NCBI GenBank assembly: GCA_965234725.1
Contig: CBDDUX010000005.1
Location: 1 to 20,026 of the forward strand
Direction: 5' to 3'
Source of the DNA: Thermoplasmatota archaeon
GTDB taxonomy: Archaea > Thermoplasmatota > Penumbrarchaeia > Penumbrarchaeales > Penumbrarchaeaceae
DNA length: 20,026 bases
Shown here: piece by piece, positions 1 through 6,447 of the stretch
Layout: the number at the start of each line of letters is the position of its first letter
How positions within the stretch are numbered: the first letter of the stretch is position 1
Position numbers and translations under genes: made by a program
Notes under the pieces: generated by a model
What the model was told of the DNA's origin: nothing
Database searches by the model: none
Seen by the model: the letters and a program-made list of their open reading frames with translations, nothing else

Positions 1-2
1 AT

Positions 3-47
3 TTAAAACTTGCTCTCTTAACCCTTTCAATCTTCCTAAAGGGGTAC
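3..47 (-). mobile_element. 45-bp terminal repeat, probable end of an IS/MITE lying outside the window (left copy)
   Basis: Exact reverse complement of 19982-20026. Identity stops abruptly after ...GGGGTAC. It introduces in-frame stops directly upstream of a truncated PhoU-like frame. No transposase is present in the window, so the family is not assigned. Confidence 0.6.
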
Positions 48-201
48 CAAAAAACTTGAACCCTGGATGAAAAAGGTGTTCAAGCTCCCTGCAGATGAAG
101 CTGTTGTGCTGGCATATGTTATCAACTCCATCGACCGGATAGGAGCCTACGGGGCTGATATTGCCAAGATAACCCTGAATACATACGTTCAGAAGAAGTA
201 A
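48..201 (+). pseudogene. 3' fragment of a PhoU-domain phosphate uptake regulator, cut by the terminal repeat
   Basis: Frame +1 reads KKLEPWMKKVFKLPADEAVVLAYVINSIDRIGAYGADIAKITLNTYVQKK*. SIDRIGAYGADIA resembles the PhoU xERIxDxxxNIA helix. Upstream in-frame stops at 4, 19 and 37 lie inside the repeat. Confidence 0.6.
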
Positions 202-205
202 TGGA

Positions 206-2212
206 TCAGGACCTGGTCCTTAGATAGAGGAAGACCGCAGCACCAGCTAACCCGATAATACCCAGAACGACCCAGGTTATCGAGATTCCATCGATACCCC
301 CACTCCCATCGGAACTCGATCCAACCACATTGACATCGATGAAGGAATAAAGGGACGATCCCTGGGATCCAATGGTCCTAACCATTATCCTGTGCGTCCC
401 CTTACCAATGTCTATCTTGGTGGACCATGGGTTGAATGGCCCGGTTGTTTGTTCATCCATGAGGGTCCATTCACCCTCATCGACTCTGTATTCGATCCTT
501 TCGAAATCACCTTTCTTTGCCCATCCCAATCCAGACATTTCAATTGGTGAAGTGACGTTATAATAATCGAATGGTACGATATCTCCAATCTCGGATATGT
601 TGTTGATATGGGCTTGAAGGTCAACGGAGAAATCTTCCGGCGAGGTCACGGTTTGTGCCAGCCTTACTGCATTGAAAGCATCGACCACTCCATAACCGAA
701 TTGAGGTTCCCAAAAAGGATCCAGTTCTGGATAGAAGGCTGGATTTTTCTTTTCAGCGGTATATTTCAGGATCTCCTTGACAATGTTATTCTCTCCCTCG
801 AGCTCCGGATTTGCCTCAAGGATAAGTGCAACTACCCCTGCCACAAGAGGAGTGGCATATGAAGTTCCTGACCCTCTATTACCATACCCGTTGGATGAGG
901 CATCTCCCCTGATCCTCGCGGTGTCGGGTTGTAAATTTACGATATTTGTTCCCGGAGCAGAAACATCAGGTTTCAGCTCATTGTAAGGGTCATTATCACC
1001 ATTGTCGGTCCTTGGACCCACAGAAGAATAGAAAGCGATCACATCATCCTCATGTTCCAGAGTGTTCTGGTCATCTGTCGCACCAATGATGATCGCATCG
1101 GATGATGCGGACAGTCCATTGAAACCAGTGTTGTCTGGTCCATCATTTCCAGCGGCGTTGACCACGATCACACCATGCTCCACTGCGGCATCTAATAGTC
1201 TTGAATATTGATCGGTACCATCCGAGTCCGATCCGATATCCACTCCCCATGAGATCGAGAAGATATCAATACCCCTGTATTCATCTCCGCCGTTTATCCA
1301 TTGGGAATCGCTCATCTCCGTAGCCCACCTTATCCCTCTCAGGGTTCCATCCTTAATATGAGGATCAGAGACCGCACCCACCCAGAACTCTCCAGGTGCA
1401 TATCCTATCTGAGTCCCAATCCTTACATCGACCAACCTGGTATCAGGTGCTGTTCCCTGGTATTCACCCTCACTTCCTCCAGTACCAGTTGCAATGCCGG
1501 CACAAGTGGACCCATGGCCCTGGATGTCATCTGGATTGAATGAGCCATCCTGGGGGTAGAGGAATGGAAGATTGTCAGGTTTCGTCATATCCACACCTCC
1601 AAGGAACTTTCCACTCAGAGAGGGGTGTTCATCATCTATTCCAGTATCTATGACTGCCAGGGATACTCCTTTTCCAGTGAATCCTATCTCCCAGGCTGTA
1701 TTGGGAGAATACATATCCGATTGTTTAGCCCTGACAGTGGGTGTGGCTATGTCAGAAAATAGGATTGGTACTCCCAATGGTTCAATGAAGACCACACCAT
1801 CCATCTGACCGATCTCGTACAATCTATGGGATGGTACACTGCTTAATACAACCGCATCGATAAGATCAATTACGGCAGAAACAACGTAACCTCTCGACCC
1901 AAACTCTGTGAGTGTCTTATCAGAGATATCATCTGAAAAGGATACCGTGATCTCCAGGAGGATCTGGTCTTCCGGAGAAAGCTCAGCATATCGATCGATG
2001 ACATCAGAGATCCCGTTCCTATTTTGATCCAGAGAGGTCCTTTCCCACCATGGTAGTTCTGAGATCGGTCCTTCATTATTTCCTAAGGGTGACCAATGGT
2101 TCATTTTTGCCATTATCTGTGGTTTTTCGGTCTCGGCGGATAGGTCCATTGCACCTGCAACGGAGGTAAACAGCAATACTGCGGTCAGAATTATGATGGA
2201 TGTCTTCATCAT
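206..2212 (-). CDS. Secreted, C-terminally membrane-anchored S8 (subtilisin-like) serine peptidase
   Basis: N-terminal signal peptide and prodomain. Catalytic motifs VIDTG, HGSTCAG and SGTSYATP, plus oxyanion AAGNDG. Beta-rich C-terminal domain, then a Gly/Ser linker, TM helix and basic tail. GGAGG RBS upstream. Confidence 0.93.
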   Translation of the reverse strand: MMKTSIIILTAVLLFTSVAGAMDLSAETEKPQIMAKMNHWSPLGNNEGPISELPWWERTSLDQNRNGISDVIDRYAELSPEDQILLEITVSFSDDISDKTLTEFGSRGYVVSAVIDLIDAVVLSSVPSHRLYEIGQMDGVVFIEPLGVPILFSDIATPTVRAKQSDMYSPNTAWEIGFTGKGVSLAVIDTGIDDEHPSLSGKFLGGVDMTKPDNLPFLYPQDGSFNPDDIQGHGSTCAGIATGTGGSEGEYQGTAPDTRLVDVRIGTQIGYAPGEFWVGAVSDPHIKDGTLRGIRWATEMSDSQWINGGDEYRGIDIFSISWGVDIGSDSDGTDQYSRLLDAAVEHGVIVVNAAGNDGPDNTGFNGLSASSDAIIIGATDDQNTLEHEDDVIAFYSSVGPRTDNGDNDPYNELKPDVSAPGTNIVNLQPDTARIRGDASSNGYGNRGSGTSYATPLVAGVVALILEANPELEGENNIVKEILKYTAEKKNPAFYPELDPFWEPQFGYGVVDAFNAVRLAQTVTSPEDFSVDLQAHINNISEIGDIVPFDYYNVTSPIEMSGLGWAKKGDFERIEYRVDEGEWTLMDEQTTGPFNPWSTKIDIGKGTHRIMVRTIGSQGSSLYSFIDVNVVGSSSDGSGGIDGISITWVVLGIIGLAGAAVFLYLRTRS

Positions 2213-2303
2213 GGTTATATGGCCTCCTCTTAACTAAATATTGTTCCATTTTCGGTTATATGGTCATTTGAAAAAACAGATATAGATTATGGAAGAATAA
2301 ACC

Positions 2304-2394
2304 AAAAGAAGGAGAAAGACGGGGGGGAAGTGGGGGATTAGAGAGGAGAGAGAGGTGTGAGAGAATATACAATGGTTATATTCCCCCTCGTCTT
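2304..2394 (-). ncRNA. Candidate ~90-nt stem-closed small RNA with CU-rich loop
   Basis: 14-bp inverted repeat 2316-2329/2381-2394 (one mismatch) encloses a 51-nt loop that is largely polypurine on + and polypyrimidine on -. TATATATA at 2416-2423 lies about 25 nt upstream on -, and a U-run follows the stem. Confidence 0.3.
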
Positions 2395-2557
2395 ATTATA
2401 TATATATGTCTGCTGTATATATATGGTTAGACCCTAATTGTGTACAAATCTGATAATAATATTAACTATCAGTATATATTGGATTAAATAGATCATTAAT
2501 ATAAATTTAAGAAAAACACATCCCAGATGATTAAAGGCCAGACATACGAAAAATATT

Positions 2558-3007
2558 GAAGTGCTCCCGACGGAACCTTTGCCTTAAGAAGATGATCAAC
2601 GATGATCCTAAGGCAAAGGTCAGCTGAAAAACGGTTTCTATTAGAATATAATCATTTTTCAGCGTGTAAGATCGGTTATAGTAATGGTTTTCGGATTATT
2701 ATGTGATAGACGCAAGAAAATCATTACGGGAAAGGTGGCACTTCTTGTGATCTGGATAGAAGAGTATTTGAAAGAAGTGCTCCCGACGGAACCTTTTCAT
2801 CTGGGAAAGAACCTTCGAGAATTCAGATGAAAAGGTCAGCTGAAAAACGGTTTCTATTAGAATATAATCATTTTTCAGCGTGTAAGATCGGTTATAGTAA
2901 TGGTTTTCGGATTATTATGTGATAGACGCAAGAAAATCATTACGGGAATGGGGGCACTTCTTGTGATCTGGATAGAAGAGTATTAGAAAGAAGTGCTCCC
3001 GACGGAA
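2558..3007. repeat. tRNA-Glu 3'-end-anchored tandem array, period 216 bp, four palindromic cassettes per unit
   Basis: GAAGTGCTCCCGACGGAA occurs at 2558, 2774 and 2990. The two full units are identical except for 3 substitutions and a hypervariable 34-nt window inside the first palindrome. Confidence 0.95.
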
Positions 3008-3066
3008 TTTGAATCCGTGTCGCTGGCTCGAGAGGCCAGCATGATTGGCCGCTACACTACGGGAGC
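2994..3066 (-). tRNA. tRNA-Glu (CTC)
   Basis: Minus strand reads GCTCCCG-TA-GTGTAGCGGCCAATCAT-G-CTGGC CTCTCGA GCCAG-CGAC-ACGGA TTCAAAT TCCGT-CGGGAGC-A. Full cloverleaf; CCA not encoded. TATA-like TTATAAAG at about 3105-3112 on -. Confidence 0.96.
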
Positions 3067-3130
3067 ATTCCTTGGTCTGAGCAGCACCCGAGTATGAACA
3101 AATCCTTTATAATTGTTTCTTAGAACGGAC

Positions 3131-4810
3131 CTATTGCTTCATCTGGTTCTGGATCTTTGCCCAGCTATCCCTTAATGTTGCAGTTCTATTGATGACAAGC
3201 ATCTCATTCGTAGTATCCAGATCAATGGTGAAATATCCGGTCCTCTCGAACTGGAACCTTGTTCCGATCGCAAGGTCCTTCACAGCAGGTTCTACCTTGC
3301 AGTTCTTCAAGACCTTTATGGATTCCGGGTCAATATATGACCTCCAATCTCCCTCGGAGAGGGGGTCCTCAATAGTGAAAAGCTTGTCATAGAGTCTGAT
3401 CTCGGCATTGATCGAACTATTTGCTGAAACCCAGTGCAAAGTTCCCTTGATCCTTCTTCCATCGGGGGCGGACCCTCCTTTTGATTCCGGATCGATCCTG
3501 CAAACGAGTTCCCTGATCTCATCCCCTTCCTTGATCACATCCACACAAGTTGCAAGATAAGCATTTCTCAGCCTGATCTCACTTCCGGGTGACATTCTGA
3601 AGAATTTCTTGGGGGGATCCTCCATGAAATCATCCCGCTCGATGAACAGGGTTTTTGTGAATGGGACCCTTCGAGTTCCAGCTTCAGGTTTTTCAGGATT
3701 GTTGACCAGCTCCATTTCCTCGATCCTGTTCTCATCGTAGTTCTCGATGGTAACCTTAAGGGGGTCCAAAACTCCCATGAACCTATTTGCCGTTTTGTTC
3801 AGATATTCCCTTACGCAATGTTCGAGAAGCTCAAAGGCAATGTTGGAATTCACTTTGGCTATCCCGACCCTGGAACAGAAGTCCCTGATGGCTTCCGGTG
3901 GATAACCTCTTCTTCTCATTCCGGATAGAGTTGGCATCCTGGGATCGTCCCAACTTTTGACGAGTTTCTCCTCCACCAGTTCAAGGAGCTTTCTTTTTGA
4001 CATGACGGTATAAGTCATATTCAGCCTTGCGAATTCTATCTGCTGAGGATGATATACATCATCTAACTGGTCGATGAACCAATCATACAAAGGTCTGTGA
4101 TTCTCGAATTCCAGGGTGCAAAGTGAATGAGTGATCCTCTCGATAGAATCCTCCAACCCATGGGCCCAGTCGTACATGGGGTAAATACACCATCGGTCCC
4201 CTGTGTTGTGGTGGCTCTTGTGAAGGATCCTGTACATGACCGGGTCCCTCATGTTCATATTCGGATGTGACATGTCGGCTTTTGCCCTGAGGACCTTTTC
4301 CCCATCCGGAAATTCTCCAGCCTTCATCCTCTTGAAAAGATCGATGTTCTCTTCAATGGGCCTGTCCCTGAAGGGGCTGTTCTTTCCAGGTTTTGTTAAG
4401 GTTCCTCTGGTGGCACTTATCTCCTCTGCGGTTTGCTCATCCACATAGGCTTTTCCTTTCTCAACGAGTTCCATTGCCCAATCGTAAAGCTGGTCGAAAT
4501 AATCCGATGCAAAGAAAAGTCTATCTTCCCAATCGAATCCAAGCCATTTCACATCCTCTATGATGGACCTGACATACTCATCCTCTTCCTTCGCAGGATT
4601 CGTATCATCGAATCTCAGGTTGCATTTTCCCCCGTATTCTTCAGCAATACCGAAATTCAAACAGATCGATTTTGCATGTCCGATATGGAGATATCCATTG
4701 GGTTCGGGTGGGAACCTCGTATGCACCCTGCTTTCAAACTTTCCGTTGAGGTTGTGCTCGTCGATGATCTCCCTGATGAAATCCCTGCCTGATCGTTTTT
4801 CTTCTTCCAT
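3131..4810 (-). CDS. glnS: Glutaminyl-tRNA synthetase, bacterial type
   Basis: [22 protein letters not shown] (HIGH), MSKRK (KMSKS equivalent), [14 protein letters not shown] (Cys where GluRS has Arg), QIEFARL and C-terminal beta-barrel FQFER. ATG 4810 follows an AGGTG RBS; the ORF track starts at GTG 4819. Confidence 0.95.
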   Translation of the reverse strand: MEEEKRSGRDFIREIIDEHNLNGKFESRVHTRFPPEPNGYLHIGHAKSICLNFGIAEEYGGKCNLRFDDTNPAKEEDEYVRSIIEDVKWLGFDWEDRLFFASDYFDQLYDWAMELVEKGKAYVDEQTAEEISATRGTLTKPGKNSPFRDRPIEENIDLFKRMKAGEFPDGEKVLRAKADMSHPNMNMRDPVMYRILHKSHHNTGDRWCIYPMYDWAHGLEDSIERITHSLCTLEFENHRPLYDWFIDQLDDVYHPQQIEFARLNMTYTVMSKRKLLELVEEKLVKSWDDPRMPTLSGMRRRGYPPEAIRDFCSRVGIAKVNSNIAFELLEHCVREYLNKTANRFMGVLDPLKVTIENYDENRIEEMELVNNPEKPEAGTRRVPFTKTLFIERDDFMEDPPKKFFRMSPGSEIRLRNAYLATCVDVIKEGDEIRELVCRIDPESKGGSAPDGRRIKGTLHWVSANSSINAEIRLYDKLFTIEDPLSEGDWRSYIDPESIKVLKNCKVEPAVKDLAIGTRFQFERTGYFTIDLDTTNEMLVINRTATLRDSWAKIQNQMKQ

Positions 4811-4880
4811 CGAGGACACCTTCTGAAAGTGTTATGGTATCTGATTCTACTACATAATGTTGTCATATTGAGGTCATCTG

Positions 4881-5331
4881 AAATCGCAAGTAATCAGGAA
4901 CAAAATTTTGATATGCCTATGCATCAAAGATGCCCACGTGGTTCTCAGTTCTCATCTGGAGTGATTATAAGACAATAATAATCGGGACTACTTTTTTAGA
5001 TTAATTATTGATTATAAAAAAAGTAGCCCCGACCAGATTCTTGAGTTTTCCAAATTAATGATACAATGATCAGCAAAACTCAACCATCGCCACAATCGAA
5101 GATTGTGTCTGGTTCTCATCTGGAATAATTAGAATAAAATTACAATCGGGACTACTTTTTTGGATTAATTATTGATTATGAAAAAAGTAGCCCCGACCAG
5201 ATTCGAACCATCGCCAAAATCAGAGATTTTGTCTGCGTGTGCATCAAAGATGCGCACGTGGTTCCCAGTCCGAATCTGGCCAGGGATATCCATATTTTGA
5301 AGAAAAGAATTGGTAGCCCCGACCAGATTCG
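4881..5331. repeat. tRNA-Gln 3'-end-anchored modular repeat array with nested palindromes
   Basis: GTAGCCCCGACCAGATTC occurs at 5023, 5187 and 5313. There is a 93-bp duplication 4948-5040/5112-5204 and a module 4920-4949/5240-5269. Each tRNA-end copy has an inverted partner 18-19 nt away. The left boundary is degenerate and approximate. Confidence 0.9.
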
Positions 5332-5386
5332 AACTGGTGGCGGAAGATCCAGAGTCTCCCATGCTAGACCGCTACACTACGGGGCT
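5311..5386 (-). tRNA. tRNA-Gln (CTG)
   Basis: Minus strand reads AGCCCCG-TA-GTGTAGCGGTCTAGCAT-G-GGAGA CTCTGGA TCTTC-CGCC-ACCAG TTCGAAT CTGGT-CGGGGCT-ACCA. A1:U72 pair typical of archaeal tRNA-Gln; CCA encoded. Confidence 0.96.
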
Positions 5387-5526
5387 GTGGGTTCGGGTGC
5401 GGGGATATTATCATCGATATATTATCCTTTCTGTCTGCTACCCAGAAGCCTAAAATATGCATGATTTATGCCTGGAATCCTCCGATATCCTTTTAAATGA
5501 AAAGCGATATGGAGCGGTCGATCCGT

Positions 5527-5751
5527 ATGGCTGAAGAGAAACAGGTCACGTTTCCCCATTCAATATCAAAGGGGATTTTCACCTTTATTATGGTAGCAGG
5601 TATCATTCTCTTCATTACATGGACAATAGCCATGTTCATCAAATCCGGAAGGATCCTGGATTGGGGAATATATGCTGTCAGCATCATATTGGTCCTCATG
5701 GGACTTTTCGGAAGGCTTGTCCATTCAACCGAAGGAAAGCAGGATTCCTGA
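5527..5751 (+). CDS. Small hypothetical membrane protein (2 TM)
   Basis: Two hydrophobic segments (GIFTFIMVAGIILFITWTIAMF; WGIYAVSIILVLMGLFG). Fills an intergenic gap. Start is ATG 5527 or upstream (5497). Confidence 0.7.
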   Translation: MAEEKQVTFPHSISKGIFTFIMVAGIILFITWTIAMFIKSGRILDWGIYAVSIILVLMGLFGRLVHSTEGKQDS

Positions 5752-5805
5752 AAGTAACCTCGGGTAAGATTTATTTTATCTGTCCACCTTTTAGTACAAG
5801 GTCTT

Positions 5806-6447
5806 GTGATGTCGTTGAATTTTGATAGGTTCCTTCTTGAATTTCAGAAGACAGCAAAGGAACTGATCGAACATGATTGGGGTAGTTCGTTCTTCGGTAA
5901 TATCTCCCTATTGATCGATGAAGAAGATGAATTCCTCCGCTATCCGGTAATTTCATCCTTTTCTTCCCCAATCGAGGAGCCAGAGATCGAAGGCCGATAC
6001 CTGTTGATCACAAGGACCACATCCACCATGCAGGAAGTGGCCGATCACCCAGAAACTGCCATTGGCTTATACCGGATTGCAGGTGACTCTCTGGACCTTC
6101 TTTGGGGTAGAGGTCCTCCGACCAGTGAGGTCTCCACCCATCTCTTGGTCCATTCATTAGGTAAAGGCAGTGCTATAATCCATTGCCATATGCCCCTTCT
6201 TGGATCAATTTCACATGCCGATCTTGAATGGTCATTTTTTCCTGATAGCTTCTCCTATGTTGGAGAATTCGAACCGGGTTCGATCGGACTTGCTGAAGCG
6301 ACCAAGAAGTCGATGGAAAAAAACCATACTGTTATCTGGGTCGGCCATGGTGCTGTGACATATTCAGATGGACTTGGTAGATGTCTGGACAGATTGTATG
6401 TACTGGAGGACCTTTTAAAAGAGATCCATCCCTCTGGAGATTGTTAA
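5806..6447 (+). CDS. Class II aldolase/adducin family protein (rhamnulose-1-phosphate aldolase-like)
   Basis: GNIS, PTSEVSTH, metal ligands HCH and VIWVGHG, and the PGS motif. Confidence 0.85.
   Translation: MMSLNFDRFLLEFQKTAKELIEHDWGSSFFGNISLLIDEEDEFLRYPVISSFSSPIEEPEIEGRYLLITRTTSTMQEVADHPETAIGLYRIAGDSLDLLWGRGPPTSEVSTHLLVHSLGKGSAIIHCHMPLLGSISHADLEWSFFPDSFSYVGEFEPGSIGLAEATKKSMEKNHTVIWVGHGAVTYSDGLGRCLDRLYVLEDLLKEIHPSGDC

Noticed and set aside
2558-3007. CRISPR array interpretation of the tRNA-linked repeats
   Set aside because: The repeat is a tRNA 3' end, the period is 216 bp with mostly constant intervening sequence, there are only 2 full units, and no cas genes are present.
5023-5208. Additional, split or intron-containing tRNA-Gln genes
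   Set aside because: Only 18-22 nt of the 3' end is repeated, with no D or anticodon arm. The hairpin in the T-loop copy replaces a base and shows no bulge-helix-bulge motif that I can identify.
4881-5310. Canonical T-box riboswitch upstream of glnS
   Set aside because: There is no recognisable Stem I/specifier or T-box consensus on the minus strand, and the same design occurs at tRNA-Glu downstream of glnS.
5165-5464. ORFs 5165-5362(-) and 5237-5464(+)
   Set aside because: They overlap tRNA-Gln and translate the repeats (SNLVGAT appears twice), so they are spurious.
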